NCBI GenBank assembly: GCA_964541055.1
Contig: CAZIQR010000004.1
Coordinates: forward strand, 6,081 to 41,578
DNA length: 35,498 bases
Direction: 5' to 3'
Origin: an uncultured Eubacteriales bacterium
GTDB taxonomy: Bacteria > Acidobacteriota > Aminicenantia > Aminicenantales > Saccharicenantaceae
The position numbers and the translations under genes are program-made. Of the stretch, positions 10,522 to 20,900 are shown piece by piece. Positions within the stretch are counted from its first letter, which is position 1. Each line of letters begins with the position of its first letter. A model generated the notes under the pieces. It did no database searches, had not been told where the DNA came from, and worked only from the letters and a program-made list of their open reading frames with translations.

Positions 10522-10550
10522 ACTTTAGCCGAAGTTCAAGATGGGGTCAA
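10522..10550 (-). promoter_or_regulatory. Putative sigma70 promoter of the hutH-like operon; -35 lies inside the inverted repeat
   Basis: TTGACC (10550-10545)-17 bp-TAAAGT (10527-10522). Confidence 0.5.
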
Positions 10551-10644
10551 ACCTCCACTTTCCCAGTTTTTGAGGCGTTAGCTTGGGAATCGGCAATCTC
10601 CCAGGAAGAAAACTGGAAAAGTGGAGGTTTGACCCCTGTCTTGA
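10536..10644. repeat. REP/MITE-like inverted repeat element
   Basis: 28-bp arms 10543-10570 (GGGGTCAAACCTCCACTTTCCCAGTTTT) and 10609-10636 with 1 mismatch, extended by TCAAGA/TCTTGA; inner hairpin CTTGGGA/TCCCAGG. Confidence 0.8.
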
Positions 10645-10673
10645 TTGCCCGGCGGGGCCGCCTGTGCTATAAA
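10645..10673 (+). promoter_or_regulatory. Putative sigma70 promoter for threonine dehydrogenase
   Basis: TTGCCC-17 bp-TATAAA with extended -10 TG. Confidence 0.55.
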
Positions 10674-10715
10674 TACCCTTCTGTTTTCGGCATTTTCCGA
10701 GCGGAGACGACCCCG

Positions 10716-11693
10716 ATGACGAGAGCAATGAAGAAGATCCTGATCACCGGCGCGGCCGGCCAGATCGGCTCCGAGCTGACCAGGGCCCTGCGGGCGAGAT
10801 TCGGCGAGGCGAACGTCGTCGTCAGCGACATTTTCCGGCCCCAGGGCGGCCTGGCCGAAAGCGGGCCCTTCGAGATCCTCGACGTCACCGACGCCAAGGC
10901 CCTCGACGCCGTCCTCCAAAAGCACCGCATCGACACCGTTTACCACCTGGCCGCCCTGCTCTCGGCCACCGGCGAGAAGAATCCCCAGAAGGCCTGGCAT
11001 ATCAACATGAACGGGCTCGTCAACGTCCTCGAGGCGGCCCGGGCCCGGAATATCGTCCGGGTCTTCTCCCCGAGCTCGATCGCCGTCTTCGGGCCCACGA
11101 CTCCCCGCGAGATGACGCCCCAGGACACCGTCCTCGGCCCGACGACGATGTACGGCGTGACGAAGGTCTCCGGCGAGCTTCTCTGCGATTATTACGCCCA
11201 GAAATACGGACTCGACGTCCGCGGCTGCCGCTATCCCGGGATCATCAGCCACCTGACCCCGCCCGGCGGAGGAACGACCGATTATGCCGTAGCCATTTTT
11301 TACGAGGCCGTCAAGCACGGCCACTACACCTGTTTCCTCCGCGAGGACACCCGGTTGCCCATGATGTACATGCCCGATTGCCTCAAGTGCACGCTCGACC
11401 TCATGAACGCGGACTTCGCCCGGCTCAAGCACCACTCGAGCTTCAACGTCGCGGCCATGAGCTTCAGCGCCGGCGAGCTCGCCGCCGAGATCGGCAGGCA
11501 CGTGCCGGGTTTCCAGGTGACCTACGAGCCGGACTTCCGGCAGGCCATCGCCGACTCCTGGCCGGCCTCGATCGACGACGGCGCCGCCCGGGCCGAATGG
11601 GGCTGGAAACCGGCCTACGACCTGGCGGCGATGACCGTGGACATGCTGGCCGCGCTCAGGAAGCGCCAGGCCGCCGGCACGTTGGGCGGCTGA
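10716..11693 (+). CDS. L-threonine 3-dehydrogenase, SDR/epimerase type
   Basis: GAAGQIG, HLAALLSATGE, PSSIAVFG, YGVTK, PGGGTTDYA, LPMMYMPD, RQAIADSWP (typical of the SDR-type TDH family); start could be 10728. Confidence 0.88.
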   Translation: MTRAMKKILITGAAGQIGSELTRALRARFGEANVVVSDIFRPQGGLAESGPFEILDVTDAKALDAVLQKHRIDTVYHLAALLSATGEKNPQKAWHINMNGLVNVLEAARARNIVRVFSPSSIAVFGPTTPREMTPQDTVLGPTTMYGVTKVSGELLCDYYAQKYGLDVRGCRYPGIISHLTPPGGGTTDYAVAIFYEAVKHGHYTCFLREDTRLPMMYMPDCLKCTLDLMNADFARLKHHSSFNVAAMSFSAGELAAEIGRHVPGFQVTYEPDFRQAIADSWPASIDDGAARAEWGWKPAYDLAAMTVDMLAALRKRQAAGTLGG

Positions 11694-11705
11694 GCCCGAC
11701 CGCGC

Positions 11706-12563
11706 CTACTTCCCCTTCGCCAGACGCTCCCCGAGGAAGTTCGGCAGGGCGAAAGAGGCCCGGAAGACATCGGGGTTGAAATACTTCAGGCCGTCCGGGA
11801 TGTAGAGGGTCTTGATCTTGACCGGATCGACCGCGTCCGAGAGGAAATTGTAGCACCACATCCCGACCGGGTAGGTCGGCACGGGGCCGAGGTAGAGCGG
11901 CGAGTGGCGGAAGATCTTCTTCAGAAAAACGCTCTTCCGGGCGTGCGATTCCAGGTGGAGCATGAGCGAGCCGGCCTGGGCGGCGATGACGCCGCCGGGC
12001 CGCAGCTTGGCCTTGAGCTTGCGGTAGAACGATTCCTGGTGGAGGACGGTCGACGGCCCGACCGGGTCCGAGGAATCGACCAGGATGACGTCAAAGGCCT
12101 CGCGGACCTTGTCGATGAAGATGTTGCCGTCCTCGACGACGAGCTCGGCCCGCGGGTCGCGGAAGGTCGCCCGGAGCCAGGGGAAGTGTTCGCGGCACGT
12201 TTCGATGACCTTGCCGTCGATCTCGACCAGCCAGGCTTTCTTGACCGGGTGCTTGAGGACCTCCCGAAGGGCCCCGCCGTCTCCGCCGCCGATGATGAGC
12301 ACCTTGGCCGGCCGCCGGTGCGAAGCCATGGCCGGGTGGACGAGCATCTCGTGATAATAGAACTCGTCGCGCTCGGTCGTCTGGACCAGGCCGTCGAGGA
12401 GCAGGACGCGGCCGTAGTCCCGGTTGCGGATAATCTCGATCCGCTGGAACTTGGACCGCCCCTCGTAGAGAACTTCCTTGACGGTGAAGAAGATCCCGGA
12501 CCCCGGGGTCTGGTACTCCCGGGCCTCGGTTTTCTTAGCATTGAGCGCCTTCGTCGTCTTCAT
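11706..12563 (-). CDS. speE: Spermidine synthase / polyamine aminopropyltransferase
   Basis: LLLDGLVQTTERDEFYYHEM, IIGGGDGG, VEID, DSSDPVGP; start could be 12575. Confidence 0.92.
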   Translation of the reverse strand: MKTTKALNAKKTEAREYQTPGSGIFFTVKEVLYEGRSKFQRIEIIRNRDYGRVLLLDGLVQTTERDEFYYHEMLVHPAMASHRRPAKVLIIGGGDGGALREVLKHPVKKAWLVEIDGKVIETCREHFPWLRATFRDPRAELVVEDGNIFIDKVREAFDVILVDSSDPVGPSTVLHQESFYRKLKAKLRPGGVIAAQAGSLMLHLESHARKSVFLKKIFRHSPLYLGPVPTYPVGMWCYNFLSDAVDPVKIKTLYIPDGLKYFNPDVFRASFALPNFLGERLAKGK

Positions 12564-12763
12564 TTCTATCTCCATTCCCTCTTTCTTGGCCCCTCGGATC
12601 TATGAGAAGGCCCTCGGCTAGCCCGTTCATCATAGCATAATGCCGTCACATTTTTTGGCCTGCTCATTCGGATGATTGGAAAGGCGCCGTAAGGCGGTGA
12701 GGGATGTCGATTCGAGGCCCCCGTGAGGGAAGGGGGGCCCGGCCGTAGGTTCTGGAGGCCGGG

Positions 12764-14971
12764 TCAATAGATCTTATCGATCTTGACGCCGGTGTAGTAC
12801 TTCTTGAGGATGTCCGGATACTTGGCCCCGGCCACGGCCATGCCGTAGGCGCCGACCTGACACAGCCCGACGCCGTGGCCCCAGCCCCGGCCGGAGAACG
12901 TGAACTGGTCGACGCGCCCCTGCTCATCGTACGACCGGTCGATGACGAAGAGCGTGTCGCGGAGCCCGAGCGCGGCCCGGATCTGGAAGCCGCGGACGAT
13001 CGCGCTCGACGCGGAGCCCTTGAGCTCGAGCTCGGTGACACGGCCCGAATCGCCCCGCGACCTGACCGCGATGTCGGCGAGCGCGCCGATCGCATACGAC
13101 TGGTTGATCAGGCGCTCGAGGTCCTCCCGGCTGGTGCGGACTTGCCAGCGGTTGAAGCGCGACGACCGGTCGAGAACGTTCGAGTTCGGCGGATAAAAGA
13201 CCTCGAGGTAGGCGACCTGGCCGGCCCGCTCGAGCCAACGGATGCTCTCGCCGCCGAGGAGGGTCAGCTTGGTCGCGAAGCTCGTGTCGCCCTCGATCGT
13301 CCGCAGCAGGCGGACGTGGTTGGAGAGGGCCAGCGTCCGACGATCAAAGTCCTGGCCGACCTCGATCGTGCCCTTGCCCGCCGCCCGGAAGGTCCCCGTC
13401 TTGAAGAAGTCCTTGTAGTCCCTGATGACGCGCGCTAAGGCCACGGCCAGCTCGGCCCGGCTGACGGACCGTCCCGGCTCGCCCGTCCGGACGGAGGCCG
13501 GGAACAGGCCCGACTGGAAGCAATAGGCCATCGGGCCGCGGTCCTTGCCCTGGACCTGGGGCAGGTCCTTGAGGAGGAAATCGATCTCGCCCGGCAAAAG
13601 CAGCTCTTCGATGCGCGGTTGCCAGCCGAAGGCCTCGACGAGGAGGCGGGCCAGGCTCGTGAAGTTGAGGGAGGCGGAGTCGGGGACGAAGCCCCTGTCC
13701 TTGACCCCGACGATGCGCCGGACGTCCTGGATCCATTCGACGGCCTCGTCGAAGCCCGCCTCTTTGCGGAAGTCGGGAGGCTCGGCCCCCATGGGGACGA
13801 TGCCGAGCCCGATGAGGAGGGCCACGTCGAGACTGGCGTTCCGGCCGTCGACGGTGATCGGCGCGACCGGGGCCTTGGCCTCGATCGACCACTCCTTCTG
13901 CTTCTCGGAAGCGCAGTCGACGCTCTTCAGATAGGGCACGGGGCGCCCGGCGAAGACCTTCTCGGCGTCCTCGGTCCGGCCGCCGCAGGTGCTGGTGTAG
14001 AGGGCGTTGATGAGCTCGCCCCGGTAGCGGACGACCTCGCCCTTGGTCTCCTCGACGGCCCGGGTGCTCAACGGGCTCTCGGAGGCCATGCCCACGTACA
14101 GCTGGGAGCGGGGCGTGTCGACGAGGTCGTAGCCGAACTGGTCGAACTGCTTCATGTTCTTGAGCGCGTAGGTCCGGGCGGCCACGGCCTGGGCCTTGAG
14201 GGCCTCGATGGCATTGAACTGGCCGGGCGAGAGCTCGCCGGGGACGACGCTCTTGAGATAGTCTTCGATGTTGACGTAGTTGACGACGACGATGCCGCGG
14301 GGCGTTCCCGACAGGACCAGGAAGCCGCGATAGCTCTTGCCGTTGAGCGTCAGGTAGCTCTGCGGATTGGCCGGGATGAAATAGAGCTCCGAAGAGCGGT
14401 CGAGCGATTTGAGCTCGTTCCCGACGAGCATCCAGAGCGGCCGGGAGGGCTCCTCGATCATCTCCTCGCGGTCGATCCAAACGTCCTTGAAGCCGGCCGC
14501 GTTGAGCTCGGCCACCTTGGCCAGGGCGTCGCCACGCGTCAGGAAGTCGCCCAGCTTGACCTCGAAGACCCCGGCCGCGTCGTCGTCGCGGTCCTCGGCC
14601 ACCGACACGCCGGCTCCGAACCGGGACCGGAAGGAGGCGGCCAGCTGGTCGGCTTCCTCCCGCTCCTTGGCGTGGGCGAGGAGGATGACATACTTCTCGG
14701 TCAGCTTCTGGCCGGCGCCCTTGATCTCGGCCTCGGCCGCGTCGTCGTTGACGATCCGGTAGCCGGTGTTGACCTCGTAGATCTTCATGCCCGACGAGGA
14801 GCGGATGCGGAGGTCCTTGAGGTTGGTGCCGAGCCCGACGCGGATGACGGGCTTGGGGATCATGTAGCCGTGGAAGAAGGCGCCTTCGGTGCCGAATTCG
14901 ACAGGGGTCCCCCCGAAGAAAAAGAACCCGACGAACAGAATAAAGAAGTACCTGAATCGATCTATCTTCAT
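12764..14971 (-). CDS. SpoIID/LytB-domain lytic transglycosylase with SPOR domain
   Basis: YRG..VVNYVNIEDYLKSVVPGE, ALKAQAVAARTYA, STCGG, GHGVGLCQVGA, ILKKYY; SPOR-like segment FEVKLGDFLTRGDA. Confidence 0.88.
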   Translation of the reverse strand: MKIDRFRYFFILFVGFFFFGGTPVEFGTEGAFFHGYMIPKPVIRVGLGTNLKDLRIRSSSGMKIYEVNTGYRIVNDDAAEAEIKGAGQKLTEKYVILLAHAKEREEADQLAASFRSRFGAGVSVAEDRDDDAAGVFEVKLGDFLTRGDALAKVAELNAAGFKDVWIDREEMIEEPSRPLWMLVGNELKSLDRSSELYFIPANPQSYLTLNGKSYRGFLVLSGTPRGIVVVNYVNIEDYLKSVVPGELSPGQFNAIEALKAQAVAARTYALKNMKQFDQFGYDLVDTPRSQLYVGMASESPLSTRAVEETKGEVVRYRGELINALYTSTCGGRTEDAEKVFAGRPVPYLKSVDCASEKQKEWSIEAKAPVAPITVDGRNASLDVALLIGLGIVPMGAEPPDFRKEAGFDEAVEWIQDVRRIVGVKDRGFVPDSASLNFTSLARLLVEAFGWQPRIEELLLPGEIDFLLKDLPQVQGKDRGPMAYCFQSGLFPASVRTGEPGRSVSRAELAVALARVIRDYKDFFKTGTFRAAGKGTIEVGQDFDRRTLALSNHVRLLRTIEGDTSFATKLTLLGGESIRWLERAGQVAYLEVFYPPNSNVLDRSSRFNRWQVRTSREDLERLINQSYAIGALADIAVRSRGDSGRVTELELKGSASSAIVRGFQIRAALGLRDTLFVIDRSYDEQGRVDQFTFSGRGWGHGVGLCQVGAYGMAVAGAKYPDILKKYYTGVKIDKIY

Positions 14972-15000
14972 TAAGGAACCCGCTGACAGTTGGCATTTCC

Positions 15001-15029
15001 ACTCTAGCGGACGAGTCCGGCTTTGTCAA
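15001..15029 (-). promoter_or_regulatory. Sigma70 promoter for the SpoIID gene
   Basis: TTGACA-17 bp-TAGAGT. Confidence 0.65.
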
Positions 15030-15261
15030 GCGCGAAATCTAGGGCTTGGGCCTTTTTCGCTAACATCCACAATATGTTGTCGTTAGCGGCAGAAGAATCC
15101 CCGCTTCCGGCTAGCCGGGAAGCGGGACCCGCATGACCGGGCGAGCCGGACGACGGGCCGCGTCTGGGGCTCCGGACCTGTCCATTTTCCTGTCCCGGAC
15201 CCCCTGCCTGCGCCCCCGGGATGTGATAGAATCCGGACAGTACGACCACGGAGAAACGATC

Positions 15262-18200
15262 ATGAAGCGAGCCCTCCCCGTCATCCTCACGTCCGTCGCC
15301 CTGGCGCTCGTCCTGGCCCAAACGGCGGCCGCCGACAGCGTCGACAGCCTCTCGCGGGTCTTTGCCCCGGGCCGGGCCCTCCTCGACACGGACGGGGACG
15401 GCTTTCCCGACAAGCCGGCGATCACCATCATCATCCCCGACAAACCGACGGCCGGCGAGCTCGCCCTCGCGGCCGACATCGCCGCCAGAGCCAATTTCGA
15501 GAGCCTGGCCGTCGAGTTCGGGCTCGTCCGTCACGAATCCGATCTCAGCGCCGATCCCGCGCCGGCCTCCCCCATCCTCATCGGCCGCGGGCTCTCCTCC
15601 GTCCTCGAAGCCCTCAAAGGACAAGGCCTCGATGCGGCGTCCATCCCGCCGAACCAGGGCCGGGTCTTTCTCCTTAATATGAAGGGACGGACGGCGCTCG
15701 CCTGCGCCGCTGGCTCGGACGACGCCCTGCTCAAGACGGGTCGGGCGTTCTTCCTGCGCTGGCCCTATTTTTGGGAGATCTGGGGACGCGAGTCCGGCGC
15801 GACCTATGAGAACCTCGAGACCGACCTCGCGTCGTTCCTCTCCGGTGCCGGGGTCGCCCTGCAGAAGACGATCGTCCGCGAGGCGGTCTACGAATTCCCG
15901 GCGGCCGCGCCCGTGGCCGACGGGCTCAAGGCCCTTGCCTTCGACCAAGGCCAGATCCTCAACCTCGCCGTCGAGATCCACGTCACCGCCGACCCGGACC
16001 GGGCCAAGGCCGCTGAAGCGCTGCTCGGCCTTGCGGCTGATCAGCGCCGCGGCCGCCGGACCGAGGTCCTGTCGTACCCGGCCGTCGCCGCGCTGACCTT
16101 CGAGATCTCGTTCGGCGCCGCGCGCTCGAAGGTCGGCCTGCCCCGGACGGGCGCGACGAAACGGCTCCTGACCCCCGCCTTCAAGGAGCGGCCCGCGACG
16201 GACGCGGCCGGCAAGGACTTCGATCTCCTTGGCCTTTTTTCGGCCAAGGGCGTCTACGCCGATCAGGACCGCGACGGCATCCCCGACGCGCTCGAGGCCG
16301 TGGCCGTCGTGCCCGCCGATCTCGGGGGGCTGGGCCTCGCCGATCTCACCAGCCGGCTCGTCCTGGGCACGGCCGGCGCGTCCTTCCCGCTCGTCGAGCT
16401 CGACTCCGACGTCGAGAGCCGGAAGGGGCTCGCTGCCCCCATCCTCATCGGCGGCAACGCCCTCACCGGCGACCTCGTCAAATCGGGCAGGGTCAAGCTC
16501 CCGGCGCTCGAGCCTGGCTCGGGTCTGATCAAGATCGTGCCCAAGGCGTTCGGGAGATCATCGGCTTTGGTCGTCCACGGCGCGGACGGATCAGGCCTCG
16601 ATCGGACCCTCGCCTATCTCTCCCGGACCTTCCCCTTCTTCGCCGAGTTCGGCGAAGGGAATCCCCAGCTCTCCGACCTCGCCGCGGACGTTGAATCGTT
16701 CCTGGCCGGCGGGAAGGGCGCCGCCGAAGCGGCCGTGATGAACGCCGTCGAGAAAGCGGCCGCGGACATGAAGGGGCGCGCCCTCGAGTCGGTCGGGGCC
16801 GAGATCATCCTCCCCGAGGCCAATGCCCCGTTCGAGGAGGCCGTCAAGGCCGCGCTGCGCCCCGCCGCCGGACAGGCGCCCGTCACCGTCACGTCCCTCT
16901 CGCTCAAGTCCGGACGGACCGTCTTCGAGAGCGAAAAAGCCTTCACCTGGGAAGTCGACGACGCCAAGGCCCGGCTCAAGGACATGATGCGGGCCATCGT
17001 CGACGGCGCCGGCAAGGGCGGGGCGATCGAGGTCAGTATCGGCGTCAGCGAGTCCCCCACCGTGCGCGAGAAGGTCCGGGGGGAGATCAAGGCCCTCCTG
17101 GCCTCCTCCGGCTTCCCCGCGGCGAAGGTCGAGGTCGCGTCGGCCTACAAGCCCGGTTTCTTCTGGCTCCTCGAGAGCGTCCTCCCCGCGCTCAAGGGCC
17201 GGCCCGTCGACCGCCTGACCATCCGCTTCGCCGAGGCGCGCGAGGACTTCAGCCGGGTCAAGCGGACCTACTCCGAACCGGGCCGCTGGCTCCAGGAGCT
17301 GTATCCGGTCGACGAGATCCTCGCCCGTGAGCTCCGGCTGCCGGTCGACCGGATCGCCTTCGAAAGCGCCGAGCCCGGAAACGCCGTCTATCGGGTCCAG
17401 GCGGTGGACGCGAAGGGCGCCGTCCTTCTCGAACAGGGCTTCACGCCGCGGACCCGCGAGATCCCCCTCTCGGGCGTCCTGCCCGAGTGGGGCACGGCCG
17501 TCGCCACCACCGGCTGGGTCCGGGTGGTGGCCGGCGGCACCGTCGTTTGCGATGAGCCCCTTGAAACCGATCTCGAGAAGTTCTGGGGATTCTACCAGAA
17601 GGAGGTCCTGCCGGCGGTCGTCGCCCACATCAAGAAGGAGACGGGCGGCGAACCGACCTTTTCGAAGCAGCCCTACTTTAAGCGCCTTTTCGTCGACCTC
17701 CAGGCGAGCGAGCCGGATTACCGCATCGGGCTCGACGAAGAGATCGTCTCGTCGCTCGAGGCCATCCACGACGAGGTCTATTTCGACACGCTCGACCTGC
17801 TGCGCGGCATCACCCGCTTCGATCCCGAGGACAAGGACACGGCCGGTGACACGTCGCGGTCCTCGGCCCCGGGCAACGTTTTCCCGTCCCTCCACCCGTC
17901 GCTCGAGGGAGGAGCGGCCAAGGCCAAGGTCGTCCTCGAGGACTGGCCGGCCCCAAGGCCGCAGGTCACCGTGCGGACAAAGGAGACGGGCCGGGACGAG
18001 GTCGTGGCCAAGACGGTCTTCCCGGCGCTCAAACCCAAGGAGAGCCGGGTCACCGAGCTCGACCTCGACGGCCGTTCCGGACGCGTCACCAACGTCGTCT
18101 TCGAGTCCGATTGGGACAAGGAGGCGGATTACCTGGCCGTCATCGATATCGCCGAGACGTGGCGGCGCCTGGCCGAGGCCGGGCTCCTCAGGGATCGGTT

Positions 18201-19425
18201 CCGCTATCCTTCCCTCGACGGGCTCACCCTCAGGCCCCGCTACCAGACCCAGGACCGGGAGGAGAGGCTTCCGGTGGCCGCGCCGCCGCCCGCCGGCCCG
18301 GCCGCGTCCTCCCCCGTCGCGCCGGGCGCGGGGGAGGCCATCGTCGCGACCCGTGAGATCATCTCCCCCGATGCGGCGCTGGGCCTCGTCCGGCGCCTCG
18401 CCGCGCTCAAGGGCGTTCGGGGCTACACCGGGGGCCGGTCGTTCGAGGGCCGGGAGGTCCCCGTCCTCGAGCTCTTCCTCCCGTTCGCGAAATACGTCTC
18501 CCTGCCGCGCCTCGTCGCCTTCAAGCCCACGCTGCAGGCGGTGGCCCGCCAGCACGCGAACGAGGTCTCGTCGACGAGCTACCTCCTTCGTTTCGCCGAG
18601 CTCCTGGCCCGCGATCCAAAGGCCCAGGAGGCTCTCAAGAAGATGAATTTCGTCCTCGAGCCCGTGGAGAACCCCGACGGGGCGGCGCTCGCCTACGAGA
18701 TGCAGAAGAACGAGCCGTTCCACAGCCTCCACGCCGGACGCTACGGCGCCCTCGGCGTCGACATGGGCTACCAGACCGGGGCCAAGCCGATCCTCCCCGA
18801 GGCGGCCGTGCGGACAAGGCTCTACGACCGCTGGGCTCCGGACATCTTCCTCAACCTCCACGGCTATCCGTCCCACGAATGGGTCCAGCCGTTCTCCAAC
18901 TACACGCCGTACCTCTTCCGCGACTACTGGATCCCCAAGGGCTGGTTCACGTTCTTCCGGTCCGTGAACCTGCCGCTCTATGAGGAGCACCGGGCCGCCG
19001 CCGCCGCCTTGCGAGGGCTCATCGCCGAGGAGCTCACCGGCGACCCGGCCATCGCCGCCTCGAACAAGCGGTTCTTGGACCGCTTCGAGCGATGGGCCGC
19101 CCGCTGGGCCCCCCACCTCGACGGGCTCGAGATCGAGAACGGGTTGGCCATCTTCGCTAAGCGCAAAGGCCCGGCCGAGGTCCGGATGACGCCGCGGACC
19201 CAGACCACGTTCAGCGAACAGACGCCCGAGCTCATGGACGAGACCGCGACCGGGGACTGGCTTGATTTCCTCTGCGGGCAGGGCCTGGCCTATCTCCGGG
19301 CCCACGTCAAGTACCTCACCCAGACGGCCTATCCTGTCGTCCGCATCGAGGAAGAGGTCCGCGGCCGGACCCGCATCACGATCGTCAGGGGGCGTCCCGG
19401 AAAGACCGGAACGAGCGATAAATAA
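15262..19425 (+). CDS. Large secreted protein with C-terminal M14 zinc carboxypeptidase domain (1387 aa)
   Basis: Signal peptide MKRALPVIL...; RQHANE (HxxE), ENPDG, NLHGY; GGAG RBS; upstream TGaTAGAAT extended -10 at 15224-15232. Confidence 0.85.
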   Translation: MKRALPVILTSVALALVLAQTAAADSVDSLSRVFAPGRALLDTDGDGFPDKPAITIIIPDKPTAGELALAADIAARANFESLAVEFGLVRHESDLSADPAPASPILIGRGLSSVLEALKGQGLDAASIPPNQGRVFLLNMKGRTALACAAGSDDALLKTGRAFFLRWPYFWEIWGRESGATYENLETDLASFLSGAGVALQKTIVREAVYEFPAAAPVADGLKALAFDQGQILNLAVEIHVTADPDRAKAAEALLGLAADQRRGRRTEVLSYPAVAALTFEISFGAARSKVGLPRTGATKRLLTPAFKERPATDAAGKDFDLLGLFSAKGVYADQDRDGIPDALEAVAVVPADLGGLGLADLTSRLVLGTAGASFPLVELDSDVESRKGLAAPILIGGNALTGDLVKSGRVKLPALEPGSGLIKIVPKAFGRSSALVVHGADGSGLDRTLAYLSRTFPFFAEFGEGNPQLSDLAADVESFLAGGKGAAEAAVMNAVEKAAADMKGRALESVGAEIILPEANAPFEEAVKAALRPAAGQAPVTVTSLSLKSGRTVFESEKAFTWEVDDAKARLKDMMRAIVDGAGKGGAIEVSIGVSESPTVREKVRGEIKALLASSGFPAAKVEVASAYKPGFFWLLESVLPALKGRPVDRLTIRFAEAREDFSRVKRTYSEPGRWLQELYPVDEILARELRLPVDRIAFESAEPGNAVYRVQAVDAKGAVLLEQGFTPRTREIPLSGVLPEWGTAVATTGWVRVVAGGTVVCDEPLETDLEKFWGFYQKEVLPAVVAHIKKETGGEPTFSKQPYFKRLFVDLQASEPDYRIGLDEEIVSSLEAIHDEVYFDTLDLLRGITRFDPEDKDTAGDTSRSSAPGNVFPSLHPSLEGGAAKAKVVLEDWPAPRPQVTVRTKETGRDEVVAKTVFPALKPKESRVTELDLDGRSGRVTNVVFESDWDKEADYLAVIDIAETWRRLAEAGLLRDRFRYPSLDGLTLRPRYQTQDREERLPVAAPPPAGPAASSPVAPGAGEAIVATREIISPDAALGLVRRLAALKGVRGYTGGRSFEGREVPVLELFLPFAKYVSLPRLVAFKPTLQAVARQHANEVSSTSYLLRFAELLARDPKAQEALKKMNFVLEPVENPDGAALAYEMQKNEPFHSLHAGRYGALGVDMGYQTGAKPILPEAAVRTRLYDRWAPDIFLNLHGYPSHEWVQPFSNYTPYLFRDYWIPKGWFTFFRSVNLPLYEEHRAAAAALRGLIAEELTGDPAIAASNKRFLDRFERWAARWAPHLDGLEIENGLAIFAKRKGPAEVRMTPRTQTTFSEQTPELMDETATGDWLDFLCGQGLAYLRAHVKYLTQTAYPVVRIEEEVRGRTRITIVRGRPGKTGTSDK

Positions 19426-19458
19426 AGGGGGGCACGAAACTCTGTCCCCTATTTTTTT
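19426..19458 (+). terminator. Intrinsic terminator after the M14 gene
   Basis: GGGGGGCA-loop-TGTCCCCT hairpin followed by ATTTTTTT. Confidence 0.6.
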
Positions 19459-19462
19459 CTTA

Positions 19463-19499
19463 TTGCGGGAGCCCGGCGGGTTTGTTAAGATATTGAACA
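19463..19499 (+). promoter_or_regulatory. Sigma70 promoter of the NtrC-family gene, overlapped by a 17-bp palindromic operator
   Basis: TTGCGG-17 bp-TAAGAT with extended TG; TGTTAAGATATTGAACA at 19483-19499. Confidence 0.6.
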
Positions 19500-19521
19500 A
19501 TCCCAAGGGGACAGAGCGAGC

Positions 19522-20889
<1,368 letters not shown>

Positions 20890-20900
20890 ATCGGCGGCGG

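Noticed and set aside
10536-10644. CRISPR repeat or tRNA interpretation of the inverted repeat
   Set aside because: Only two inverted arms, no direct repeat-spacer periodicity, no cloverleaf, no cas genes.
12715-12740. GC-rich hairpin after spoIID as terminator
   Set aside because: Stem present but no U-tract on the minus strand; insufficient support.
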